Shown in pieces: positions 9,665-18,879 of a stretch of DNA of 64,000 nucleotides. The translations under genes were made by a program, and so were the position numbers. Each line of letters opens with the position of its first letter. Positions within the stretch are counted from its first letter, which is position 1. The notes under the pieces are model-generated. The model worked only from the letters and a program-made list of their open reading frames with translations. It searched no databases and was not told the DNA's origin. The DNA is taken from NCBI GenBank assembly GCA_963714375.1, contig CAVQOG010000002.1, forward strand, positions 133,611 through 197,610. Direction: 5' to 3'. Origin of the DNA: an uncultured Acidimicrobiia bacterium (GTDB lineage Bacteria; Actinomycetota; Acidimicrobiia; Spongiisociales; UBA5794).

Positions 9665-10972
9665 CTACGGGTCGGAGTGGCTGTCAGTCCTCGGCACGAA
9701 TCGGACAAGAGCAGCGTCGAGAGCATCCACGGCTTGGGCTGCATGTGCTGCGCTGAATACCAATGGTGGCCGAATCTTGATGATGTTGCGATAGGGGCCG
9801 TTGACGCCCGTCAGGATTCCTCTTTCGCAAAGATCGGACACAATCGCGTTCACATCCGATTCTCCCATCGGTTCCTTCGTTTCTGGGTCCGCCACGAGTT
9901 CGATACCCCAGAAGAGTCCCTTCCCGTGGATCGTCCCGATGATGTCATGATCTCGGAAGAGCTGATCAAGTCCATCTCGCAAGACCGCGCCAACGCGGTC
10001 AACGTTGTCGAGGAGCTGCTCGTCTTCGATCACGTCAATGACGGCCAGGGCAACCTCGCACGACACCGGATTCCCGCCAAACGTGTTGAAGTACGAGTCG
10101 ACTTCTGCGAACGAACTGGCGATCTGTGGTGTCGTGATCACGGCCGCAATCGGGTGTCCCGCACCCATGGGTTTACCGAGCGTGACAATGTCGGGAACGA
10201 TGTCGTAATCCTCAAATCCCCACCATGTCTCCCCCGTGCGGCAGTACCCGGCCTGCACCTCGTCGGCAATGACAAGACCACCGAGGTCGTGAACATGTTG
10301 AGCGGCAAGGCTGAGATAGTCCTTCGGAGCGTTGAGGAATCCGTTCGAGTCCCAGGTGCTGTCGACGAGGAAAGCTGCGACACCCTCACCGGAGTCCTTC
10401 AGCTGATGTCCCGCCCGCCGCACGTCTTCGGCGTAGCTGACGCCGGCGCCGTCGCCTGTGTGCGTGCCTCGGTAGGTGTTGGGAGGCTCAGCAACGCCGA
10501 TCCAATCAGGAACCGTCTCGCCCGGATGCCGATGCGACAACGAGAGTTGATCGATGAGGGTGGAGTTCCCGTGATAGGAGTAATCGTTGACAATCACTCC
10601 GTTGTGTCGGGTCACGCTGCGTGCTATCCGGACGGCGAGATCGTTCGCCTCACTTCCGGTACACACAAAGAACGCAGACGACAGGTTTCCGCCAAGCTTG
10701 GCACCGAGACGCTCGGCAAGGTCGACAACGCTGTGATGGAGATATCGCGTATGTGTGTTGAGGGTGCTCGCCTGTTTCGTCAATGCCTCAACAACACGGG
10801 GGTGGCTGTGCCCGACTGATGCCACGTTGTTATAGCAATCGAGGTACTCCTTCCCGTTGGCGTCGTAGAGATAGACCCCCTTTCCTCGGACTATCTCGAT
10901 CGGTTCGTCATAGAACAGCCGGTAGCTTGGCGCAAGGGCCGACTGTCTGCGACCAAGAAGATCGTCACTCAT
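9665..10972 (-). CDS. Class III PLP aminotransferase-fold enzyme, phospho-lyase-like (AGXT2L1/2 type)
   Basis: YLDCYNNVASVGHSHP, LNTHTRYLH, GSEANDLA, DEVQAG, VTLGKPMG (PLP Lys), YFNTFGGNPVSC. Confidence 0.85.
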   Translation of the reverse strand: MSDDLLGRRQSALAPSYRLFYDEPIEIVRGKGVYLYDANGKEYLDCYNNVASVGHSHPRVVEALTKQASTLNTHTRYLHHSVVDLAERLGAKLGGNLSSAFFVCTGSEANDLAVRIARSVTRHNGVIVNDYSYHGNSTLIDQLSLSHRHPGETVPDWIGVAEPPNTYRGTHTGDGAGVSYAEDVRRAGHQLKDSGEGVAAFLVDSTWDSNGFLNAPKDYLSLAAQHVHDLGGLVIADEVQAGYCRTGETWWGFEDYDIVPDIVTLGKPMGAGHPIAAVITTPQIASSFAEVDSYFNTFGGNPVSCEVALAVIDVIEDEQLLDNVDRVGAVLRDGLDQLFRDHDIIGTIHGKGLFWGIELVADPETKEPMGESDVNAIVSDLCERGILTGVNGPYRNIIKIRPPLVFSAAHAAQAVDALDAALVRFVPRTDSHSDP

Positions 10973-12027
10973 GCTCGGTCTCTGGTGAGAGCCGTGCGGA
11001 GTCGATGCGACAGCTGATTCGAGTCAACAGTGAGCCAGGTCGCCAATCCGGCAAGGGCTTCGGGACGTTCTCGCAAGATGTGCCTCGTGTGGTCGGACTC
11101 TTTGGCGATCATGAAGTCGAAGAGGAGTAGCCCCAAAAGCAATCTGGCGAGAATGAGGTCGTACAGCGCGTCCACTTCCTCGTCTCGCAGCGGAAAGACC
11201 GAGTCGAACCCGGCTGCGAGCGCCTCGACCGAGGTGATCGGATCATCGCTTGCTCTCGCAAAACTCGACCCCGAGACGGCGAGATCATCGACAAGTGGGG
11301 CTTTGACCATGTCGCCAAAGTCAATCACACCCGTCAACTCATGACTCGACGCACTGGTCCGAAGGAGGTTGCCTCGATGGGCATCGTTGTGGATCACCTG
11401 ACGGCGTAAATCACTGAACCTTGCTGATATCGCGTCGGTGAGGTATCCCCTTTGGTCTCCAACAACGGCGGTCACATCGGCTTGGGCATGGGCCCACAGT
11501 TGGTCGCTTCGGATCAACCCATTCGAGATGTCCCAGGGCATGAAATGATCTGCCCCAGGATGGTCGAATTCGCTGAGAGCGCTACACATCGTTCCCTGGA
11601 CGCTACCGATTGCTCGGAGTGCCTCCTCTGGCACGTTGCGTGCCGCATCGAACGTGATTCCCGGCAGATAGGTGACGAGACGCATCTGACATGTCGAGCC
11701 GGATCGATCCGAAATGACACTGATCGCGTTGCCGTCGAGGTCGTCGACGACCCTCGGTACCGGCAGCTCCGGAGCTGATGCCTCCAAGTGCTTGAGGACG
11801 GACACCTGGAAGTCAACCACCAAGGGATCTTCGAGTTGACTCGCAATCTTGAGGACATAGTCGCCATTATCCGTCTCGATCCGAACATTCTGATCCCGCT
11901 CCCCGGGAAGGTGCGAGAAGCTGCCGGAGAGGCCATAGGAAGTTGCTGCGACCGCCGCAACCTCCTCAATCGGGATGGTCGGTGGGTTGAATCGGAGGTC
12001 TTCGAGGGTGAGTTCTCTTGTGGGCAC
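10969..12027 (-). CDS. APH-family phosphotransferase, hydroxylysine-kinase-like
   Basis: LPGERDQN, YVLKI, IHNDAHRGNLL (HxDxxxxN), GVIDFGD; 4-nt overlap with the aminotransferase; likely GTG start 12027. Confidence 0.82.
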   Translation of the reverse strand: MPTRELTLEDLRFNPPTIPIEEVAAVAATSYGLSGSFSHLPGERDQNVRIETDNGDYVLKIASQLEDPLVVDFQVSVLKHLEASAPELPVPRVVDDLDGNAISVISDRSGSTCQMRLVTYLPGITFDAARNVPEEALRAIGSVQGTMCSALSEFDHPGADHFMPWDISNGLIRSDQLWAHAQADVTAVVGDQRGYLTDAISARFSDLRRQVIHNDAHRGNLLRTSASSHELTGVIDFGDMVKAPLVDDLAVSGSSFARASDDPITSVEALAAGFDSVFPLRDEEVDALYDLILARLLLGLLLFDFMIAKESDHTRHILRERPEALAGLATWLTVDSNQLSHRLRTALTRDRA

Positions 12028-12265
12028 CCATCCAGTGTGTGGCCTTACCGGTGAGATCGCAAATGCGGTGGATCCAACGCTCAGGCGCACGGGCACACGA
12101 ACCGCGAATACCGATGTGCGCCAAAGGGAAGCTTGCCAGTCACGGAAGAATGAGCAGATCCTCTGGTCCTCAATCTCGTGGAACCGGACGACGCAGGATC
12201 TGGAGGGACGGTGCCGACCCTGCCGGACGATAAGGAACCTCCGTCACGTGGGAAGTGGCGGCCGG

Positions 12266-13633
12266 TCAATCGCAGGCGATCTCGACCCGACGGTTGACGG
12301 CTCGCGAGGCTTCGTCCTTCTCGCTCACCAAGGGCTCGCTTTCACCACGGCCCTCGGCGAGTAGATTGCCTGCAGGTATGCCCCGAGTCACGAGGTTGAG
12401 TACCACGGCTTGAGCTCGTCGTTCGGAAAGACCCTGGTTGTAGTCCTCTGAGCCCTCCGTGGAGGTGTGTCCAATCACTATCACCTCGGTACCGGCGATC
12501 GTGGACAAGCCGTTGTAGAGATCATCGAGCACCTGATCGGAGTCAGGTCGGATCACTGCGGAGTTGACGTCGAAGTTGACGTAGACAATGGATCCGCACG
12601 CAAGCGGCTGAGGGGTGCTTTCCGAGCACGGCGTTTCTGTGCCCTCCGGAAGAACCGGACCGACCCGCGCCCGGAATACGCCGCCCCTTGTCGATTCGAC
12701 ACCCTGCAACTCGCCGGCGTCGTCAACGGCGAGTAGGTAGATACTCGGTCGCTGGTCACGGGTATCGATTCCGTTGAGTCGCACGACATTGCCGGCCACG
12801 GTTCCTGTCACCTCGGCAAACCCGATGCAACCAGCGACGGTTGCTCCAACCTGATGCAGCTCAGTCAGCTCTCCCGTTCCGTCGGGGTTGTCCGAGAATC
12901 TGAGTGACCAGACCCCAGAGAAGGCGGTGCTGAGGGGAACTGTTTCCTGCGTGCCGTTCCCGATCAGCTCTGAGAAGCGCACGATCGTCTTTCCCGTCTC
13001 GTGGGCGGGATCCACATAGAGCGCGCCCGACAGCGTGAGCCTGATCCAGCGCACGGCCGGCTGGGTTTCGGGGGTGAATTCGACTGCCACCTCGTCGGGA
13101 TCCATCTCAACAAGATCGGCCGCAACGAGGACCTCAAACCCATCGGTGGCACTGACGCTTGAGCCGGCAATCTCGATCGCACCGAAGAACGTCGTGTTGC
13201 CGGGCGTGTCTCGGACATCGGGTACGGCGAATCGTTCGAATGTGGTGGCTGCCGGTAACTCGTACACATACACCGATGGTCCGGCGTCGTCGGAAGAGAA
13301 CCCGATCTGGTTGGGCGCACCATCCACGGCGCGGAGCGCGACACTTGCGTTGTCGGCGCCGCCATCGCCGGAGAATGAGTCAATGACAAGCCCGTTTGCA
13401 ATGTTCAACCAATCGGTCGGCTCAATCTCGTCCGGAAGCTCCTCCGGTGCGGGCGGCTCAGGCATCGTTGTCGTCGACGAAGAAACATCCGGCAAGGAGG
13501 ATGTGGTCGCGGCTGCCGTCGAGGTCGTCGTTTGGGCTACCAGCGACGTTGTGGTCGAATCGGACGTCGATTGGCTCGAACAGGACGCACCAACCAACGC
13601 TACGGCCAGCAATAGGAGAGTGAGCTGGCGCAT
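12266..13633 (-). CDS. Lipoprotein with C-terminal OmpA-like peptidoglycan-binding domain
   Basis: MRQLTLLLLAVALVGASC lipobox; Thr-rich linker; discoidin-like middle region; VNFDVNS...GHTSTEG...YNQGLSERRA...GRGESEP...NRRVEI. Confidence 0.85.
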   Translation of the reverse strand: MRQLTLLLLAVALVGASCSSQSTSDSTTTSLVAQTTTSTAAATTSSLPDVSSSTTTMPEPPAPEELPDEIEPTDWLNIANGLVIDSFSGDGGADNASVALRAVDGAPNQIGFSSDDAGPSVYVYELPAATTFERFAVPDVRDTPGNTTFFGAIEIAGSSVSATDGFEVLVAADLVEMDPDEVAVEFTPETQPAVRWIRLTLSGALYVDPAHETGKTIVRFSELIGNGTQETVPLSTAFSGVWSLRFSDNPDGTGELTELHQVGATVAGCIGFAEVTGTVAGNVVRLNGIDTRDQRPSIYLLAVDDAGELQGVESTRGGVFRARVGPVLPEGTETPCSESTPQPLACGSIVYVNFDVNSAVIRPDSDQVLDDLYNGLSTIAGTEVIVIGHTSTEGSEDYNQGLSERRAQAVVLNLVTRGIPAGNLLAEGRGESEPLVSEKDEASRAVNRRVEIACD

Positions 13634-13857
13634 CCCGTGGAACGTGCGTGATTCGTCAAAATGGAACCCTGGCATATTCTGTATCGTAGGCATGCCCGTC
13701 AGACCTCCGCCGGAATCAGCTGCCGACGCTGCTGGGTAATCGGTGTGCGGGAATGGCAGGGCGCCATACACCGTTGACATGGATGTCGAAGGCCGTAGAA
13801 CTCACGACCCATCGTGCCGGTTTTCCACTGGCCGAACAAGTCGGCAAGGAGTTGATC

Positions 13858-14571
13858 ATGACTACAGCGGAGTCCCCTATCTCGCCCATTGTCGATATCG
13901 CAACGGATCGCGAGTTCATCTATGTCGGTGACCCGATGTGCTCGTGGTGTCACGGCTTCGCGCCGGTCGTGAAAAGAGTTGGGATCGAATTCGGTCTCCC
14001 CGTGCGGGTCAGGGTTGGCGGGCTTCGTGCCTTTGAGAACGCCGAACCTCTTGGAGACAGACTCAAGTCGTTTCTTGCCTCCGAGTGGGCCAGAATTGGG
14101 GAAGTCACCGGTCAGCCGTTCTCGACAACCGCCCTCGAGCGCGAGGGATGGGTCTACGACACGGGGCCGGCAGACCAAGCGGTCGTAGCCGCTCGCAACC
14201 TCGAAAAGGCCTCGGCACTCAGCTATTTCGCTGCACTCCAGCATGCCTTCTACGCTGAAGGGCGCGACATCACCCAACGAGAGATACTCGTGGATATTGC
14301 AGCGGAATCCGGATTCGATCGTGCAGACTTCGGGATTGCATTCGACAATGCGCATGAAGACACGCTGCGTGACTTTGCAGAAACACGGTCGTGGGGCGTC
14401 ACCGGCTACCCGACCCTGCTGATACGAACCGGTGACGAACTGGTGAGAGCTGCAGCGGGGTACGTCTCATTCGACAACTTGCAGCCGCAACTCGCGGCCT
14501 GGTTCGAAACACATACGGTGGCGGACGAGGCGCAGGCAATGATGTGCGATGTCGAGACCGGTCTGTGCTGA
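13858..14571 (+). CDS. DsbA family (2-hydroxychromene-2-carboxylate isomerase/FrnE-like) thioredoxin-fold protein
   Basis: YVGDPMCSWCHGF CxxC; GVTGYPTL cis-Pro loop; RBS AAGGAG before ATG 13858. Confidence 0.88.
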   Translation: MTTAESPISPIVDIATDREFIYVGDPMCSWCHGFAPVVKRVGIEFGLPVRVRVGGLRAFENAEPLGDRLKSFLASEWARIGEVTGQPFSTTALEREGWVYDTGPADQAVVAARNLEKASALSYFAALQHAFYAEGRDITQREILVDIAAESGFDRADFGIAFDNAHEDTLRDFAETRSWGVTGYPTLLIRTGDELVRAAAGYVSFDNLQPQLAAWFETHTVADEAQAMMCDVETGLC

Positions 14572-14582
14572 GAGCTACGGCT

Positions 14583-15053
14583 CTACCCGATCGCGACCTC
14601 GTAGACATTCTCGGCAAGGGACGCAATCGAATCGAGATCGTCTCCCATCCCCGTAGTGGTTACCGAATACCAGGTTCCACCGCTGACAAAGTCGGCGCCT
14701 GATTGAAGTGGTGAGGTCCACGCGAAGCCATCATCGGCGAACGTGAGATCGATGCACTTGTCGTCACAGCTTTCGAAACGACGCACCTCCGTCCCGGATC
14801 TGACCTGGATCAGAAGGCTGTTCGCGTTGTCGTTCGTCCATGTGCACGTGACCAACGGTCCGACCGCACCCGGTTCGGGTCCGACTGTCTGGGTGAAGTA
14901 TGAGTCAAGAACAGAGTCGCTTGCCAAAGTGCACGGATCGGGAAGGTCCGAGCTACTCCCGCCATCGGGTGATGGCCCACCATTGGAATTCGCCGCACCG
15001 CCACAGGCCGTGGCCAGAAGTGCTATCACGATCACCGCAGCCATTCTCCTCAT
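14583..15053 (-). CDS. DUF3558-like lipoprotein
   Basis: Lipobox ATAC-GG; LPDPCTLA...TCTW. Confidence 0.65.
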   Translation of the reverse strand: MRRMAAVIVIALLATACGGAANSNGGPSPDGGSSSDLPDPCTLASDSVLDSYFTQTVGPEPGAVGPLVTCTWTNDNANSLLIQVRSGTEVRRFESCDDKCIDLTFADDGFAWTSPLQSGADFVSGGTWYSVTTTGMGDDLDSIASLAENVYEVAIG

Positions 15054-15128
15054 GTACGAACCCTTCTCGATTGGGTCAAACCTACACGATCATCCAATGC
15101 GATTCGTTGGGAATTTCATGGCATGGCT

Positions 15129-15146
15129 GTTCCCGGTGACGGGAAC
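15129..15146 (-). terminator. Hairpin after the ferritin gene (possible terminator)
   Basis: GTTCCC-ggtgac-GGGAAC inverted repeat about 20 nt after the ferritin stop. Confidence 0.4.
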
Positions 15147-15167
15147 CACCCAAGCTACATCGAGTTA

Positions 15168-15668
15168 TCACTCGGCAAGCGGACGACTACCCAGTTCGGT
15201 GTCGAGCAGGAGAAGGGCACTCGATTCTCCTCCTGAGAGACGAATACGCTCGAGAATGGACTCAACCGTCGCCTCCTCCTCGATCTGCTCTTCAATGAAA
15301 GCCGAGAGAAATGGCTGCGATTCGAGATCGTCGTGCTTGGCCGCCATCCGAAAGAGATCGTGAATTGACTTCGTGACAACCCGCTCCTGCGTCAGCGATG
15401 CTTCGAACACAGCTTCGGGTGAAGCGAAATCCGCATCAGGTGCCGGGATGTCGGAAATCCGTACATCGTTGCCACGATTGAGAATGAACTGGAGAAACCG
15501 GTGCGCGTGTGCCGTTTCCTCCGCCGCCTGTGCACGCATCCAACCGGCCATACCGATAAGGTTTCGCCCGTCGAAGTACGCGGACATTTGCAGATACGCA
15601 ACGGACGACGCTAGTTCAAGGGTGACCTGTTCGTTGTAGGCGGCGGCCAATTCGTCATTCATCTTCAT
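15168..15668 (-). CDS. Non-heme ferritin
   Basis: NEQVTLELASSVAYLQMS, QAAEETAHA, E..VTKSIH, FIEEQIEEE ferroxidase ligands. Confidence 0.92.
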   Translation of the reverse strand: MKMNDELAAAYNEQVTLELASSVAYLQMSAYFDGRNLIGMAGWMRAQAAEETAHAHRFLQFILNRGNDVRISDIPAPDADFASPEAVFEASLTQERVVTKSIHDLFRMAAKHDDLESQPFLSAFIEEQIEEEATVESILERIRLSGGESSALLLLDTELGSRPLAE

Positions 15669-15770
15669 TTGATGCACTCCATCTCGACTGTTCACCAATG
15701 GTAACCAACGCCAGAGGTGCCGGATTGGGACCGAAGGGCATCGAAGGACTCGCCTGCGACGTCGATGCTT

Positions 15771-16133
15771 CTATGTAACGACCCACTCTTTGGCCGAATC
15801 GAGCTCGGAAAGAGCGAACAGCTTCACTTCTCCGGGAACCAGCCACGCGAACGCCTTGACCGCGTCGTGGTAGACATGATTGTCGGTCACCAGGGCGATC
15901 TTCTCCCAGCGTGTCCAGTTTCCGACACCAACCTTCGTGTCCTCCCACATCGCACCGCCGCTATATCCCTCGAAACCGCTTCCGAGCACATACAAGAACC
16001 GAATGCTCTCGTTCGTAGCCAGTGCAGCATCCATGGCTGGATCAAGGACAGTTTTGTAGTCACCTGCCTCGACACGACCGCTGGCTTCGAACGCAACGAC
16101 GTTGGACGGCAACCCTTCAATTTGCTTGAGCAT
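15771..16133 (-). CDS. SpoIIAA-like (STAS/SEC14) protein
   Basis: VVAFEASGRVEAGDYK..L.P...AMWED.K.G...WEKIALVTD...PGEVKLF...AKEW. Confidence 0.85.
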   Translation of the reverse strand: MLKQIEGLPSNVVAFEASGRVEAGDYKTVLDPAMDAALATNESIRFLYVLGSGFEGYSGGAMWEDTKVGVGNWTRWEKIALVTDNHVYHDAVKAFAWLVPGEVKLFALSELDSAKEWVVT

Positions 16134-16258
16134 CGGGCCCTCTCCCTTCAACAAACAGCTTTGGAGACAGTACACGACCCTGAAGCATTGTGACTGATGC
16201 GCATCTGTGGACGGGTTTGACCGGATGCCCTGTCTATGCCGATGCCTAACCTTGAGGT

Positions 16259-18178
16259 ATGGAACGATTTCGCCTGTTCTTCGAGTCGCGTGAAGGGAAG
16301 GTCGCTGCCGGTTCCATCGTTGCCATCGTCGCCTCGCTGATTCTCGGGGCAATCGATACGCCTTACTGGATCTCGGTTCTTCCCCTTGTTGTGATCGTCA
16401 TCATCGGAGGGGTCCCTCTGGTGTTCTCGATCACCAAGGATCTGATTGCTCGGACACCCGGCGCCGACCTACTGGCTGCCATAGCCATAGTCACCGCTGT
16501 CCTCCTCGGTGAGTGGCTTGTCGCTGGGATCATCGTGCTGATGCTCTCTGGGGGTGAGGCCCTCGAAGAGGCGGCAACCTCCCGCGCTTCGCGGATCCTT
16601 GAGGCACTCGCCAAGCGAGCGCCGACCATGGCCCACCGTGTGGTCTCTGGTACGGAGGGGACGCTCGACGTCCCCGTTGAAGAGATCGAAATTGGCGACC
16701 ACGTAGTTGTGTTCCCTCACGAGCTTTGTCCAGTGGACGGTGAGGTTGTCAAGGGCCACGGCACAATGGACGAGTCCTTTCTTACCGGCGAGCCCTATGT
16801 CATTACCAAGTCGGTGGGCTCGGCCGTGTTGTCTGGCGCCGTCAACGGTGACGACGCATTGGTTGTGGAGGCGGCAAGGACCGCCGCAGACTCCCGATAT
16901 GCCCAAATCGTTGGGATCCTTGCCGAGGCCGAGGAGAACCGACCTCGAATGAGGCGGATGGCCGATCGTCTGGGTGCTTGGTACACGGTTCTCGCGCTCG
17001 CCATGGGCATCTTGGGATGGGTGGTCTCGGGCGACCCATCCCGATTCCTCGCTGTCATGGTCATAGCGACACCGTGCCCGTTGCTCATAGCGGTTCCGGT
17101 CGCAATCGTAGGTGCCATCTCACTATCGGCCCGTTCCGGCATCATCATCAGGGACCCGATGGTTCTCGAACGCATTTCGACCACAACGACCGTGATGTTC
17201 GACAAGACGGGCACCCTCACCTACGGACGACCCACTGTCACTGAAATGCACATGGCCCCCGACGTCGACCGTGCACACGTGCTGCGACTCTCGGCCGCTC
17301 TTGAGCACTATTCGCGCCACCCTCTCGCCTCGGCGGTCGTTGCCGCAGCCGAGAAAGAACTCGGCGTGGAGGCAACGGCTGAAGTGGCGGCGGTTTCGGA
17401 GCGACCCGGTCAGGGCCTGGTTGGCACCGTTGACGGGCAAGAGGTCACGATCACCAGCCGTACCAAGGCGCTGGATGTGCTCGGCCAAGACGGCCACCAT
17501 ATGCCAGAGAAGTCGGCGGGGATGGAAGCGGTGGTGCTCATCGATGGCCGCTATGCGGCCACGTTTCGATTCCGCGACGAACCACGGCTCGGTTCGTGGG
17601 AGTTCGTCCAACACCTCGGTCCCCGCCACGGCGTGACCCACACCATGCTCATCTCGGGTGATAGTTCCAGTGAGGTTGCGTACCTGGCGGCCCAGGTCGG
17701 CATCACCGACGTACATGCCGGCATGTCGCCAGAGGACAAACTCGAGATTGTCCGCGAAGTGGGAAAGACGAGCACGACTCTGTTTCTCGGCGATGGCATC
17801 AATGACGCTCCGGCAATGGCCGCGGCCGACGTCGGAATCGCATTTGGTCAGGGCAGCGACGTCACCTCCGAAGCTGCCGGTGCCGTCGTCCTCGACTCGT
17901 CCCTTGAACGGCTCGACGAGCTGTTCCACATCGGAGAGCGGATGCGTCGCATCGCCCTTCAGAGCGCCCTGGGTGGTATCGGGTTGTCGATGATCGGAAT
18001 GGTGCTCGCGGTCATGGGTCTGCTCACCCCCATTGTTGGGGCAATCGCTCAAGAGGCAATCGACCTACTGGCGATTCTCAATGCCGCGAGGGTTGTCACC
18101 CGACGCAAGCCGATGGCCGACTACCACGACTACCCCCTCCCGAAACCCAAAGAACTGGCCACGACGCAGACTGGCTGA
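16259..18178 (+). CDS. Heavy-metal P-type ATPase, P1B-5 subgroup
   Basis: LTGE, TPCP, FDKTGTLT, SRHP, GDGINDAPA; QSALGGIGLSMIGM (QX4GX3SX3M) and P-X6-QE-X2-D-X5-N. Confidence 0.88.
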   Translation: MERFRLFFESREGKVAAGSIVAIVASLILGAIDTPYWISVLPLVVIVIIGGVPLVFSITKDLIARTPGADLLAAIAIVTAVLLGEWLVAGIIVLMLSGGEALEEAATSRASRILEALAKRAPTMAHRVVSGTEGTLDVPVEEIEIGDHVVVFPHELCPVDGEVVKGHGTMDESFLTGEPYVITKSVGSAVLSGAVNGDDALVVEAARTAADSRYAQIVGILAEAEENRPRMRRMADRLGAWYTVLALAMGILGWVVSGDPSRFLAVMVIATPCPLLIAVPVAIVGAISLSARSGIIIRDPMVLERISTTTTVMFDKTGTLTYGRPTVTEMHMAPDVDRAHVLRLSAALEHYSRHPLASAVVAAAEKELGVEATAEVAAVSERPGQGLVGTVDGQEVTITSRTKALDVLGQDGHHMPEKSAGMEAVVLIDGRYAATFRFRDEPRLGSWEFVQHLGPRHGVTHTMLISGDSSSEVAYLAAQVGITDVHAGMSPEDKLEIVREVGKTSTTLFLGDGINDAPAMAAADVGIAFGQGSDVTSEAAGAVVLDSSLERLDELFHIGERMRRIALQSALGGIGLSMIGMVLAVMGLLTPIVGAIAQEAIDLLAILNAARVVTRRKPMADYHDYPLPKPKELATTQTG

Positions 18179-18196
18179 CTGTCACAGTGCGCTCGG

Positions 18197-18832
18197 TCAA
18201 AGCACCGTCTGGTCAAGAAGAGCGATGACCTCGTCATCCGTTGTTTGGGCGAAGTCCCCATAGAACTGACCAACGGCGTAGAACGGATCGGGCTGATCGA
18301 CGATGATGACTTCATCTGCCTCACCTGAAAGTCGCTCCGTAGTGTCCACGGGTGCGACGGGCGCAGCGACCACAACATGACTCGCACCGAGGCCGCGGGC
18401 GACCTGGATCGCGGCCGCAATGGTGGAACCTGTGGCGATTCCGTCATCGACGATCACCGCAGTCTTGCCATCCAGCGGGATTCGTGCCCGACCGCCGCGA
18501 AACGCTTCCGCCCTCCTGAGCAACTCGGCGCGTTCTGTTCTCTCCACGGCTTCGAGATCCTGTTGGGAAACGTTCGCCAAAGTCACGGTCTTGGAATCCA
18601 CAATCCGCACCCCGTCCTCGCCGATCGCTCCCATCGCAAACTCTGGATGGGAGGGGAGCCCAAGCTTGCGGACCACGATCACATCGAGCGGAGCGTTGAG
18701 ACGCGCGGCAACCTCGTAGGCGACGGGAACACCTCCGCGGGGAAGACCCAATACCACCACATCGTCCCGATTCTTGAGATGAGTCAGATGCTCGGCCAAG
18801 CGGCGACCAGCCTCTCGTCGATCACTGAACAT
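18197..18832 (-). CDS. Phosphoribosyltransferase family protein
   Basis: FSDRREAGRRLA, LGLPRGGVPVA, VIVDDGIATGST PRPP loop, FYAVGQFY.DF.Q..D.EV. Confidence 0.9.
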   Translation of the reverse strand: MFSDRREAGRRLAEHLTHLKNRDDVVVLGLPRGGVPVAYEVAARLNAPLDVIVVRKLGLPSHPEFAMGAIGEDGVRIVDSKTVTLANVSQQDLEAVERTERAELLRRAEAFRGGRARIPLDGKTAVIVDDGIATGSTIAAAIQVARGLGASHVVVAAPVAPVDTTERLSGEADEVIIVDQPDPFYAVGQFYGDFAQTTDDEVIALLDQTVL

Positions 18833-18879
18833 ACCGTTGCCTCCCAGAATGCCACGCCGTATCCAGCAGCAACCGCGCG

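Noticed and set aside
9155-10819. Long antisense ORFs (for example 9155..10819, 20017..21591, 60093..61184, 60893..61882, 692..1681)
   Set aside because: They are shadows of well-supported genes on the opposite strand, as expected in high-GC DNA, and show no recognisable motifs
14566-14571. DsbA ending Cys-TGA (also 24965 RC-TGA) as further Sec read-through
   Set aside because: The C-terminal Cys motif looks like a natural end, the read-through sequence is uninformative, and a convergent gene follows immediately
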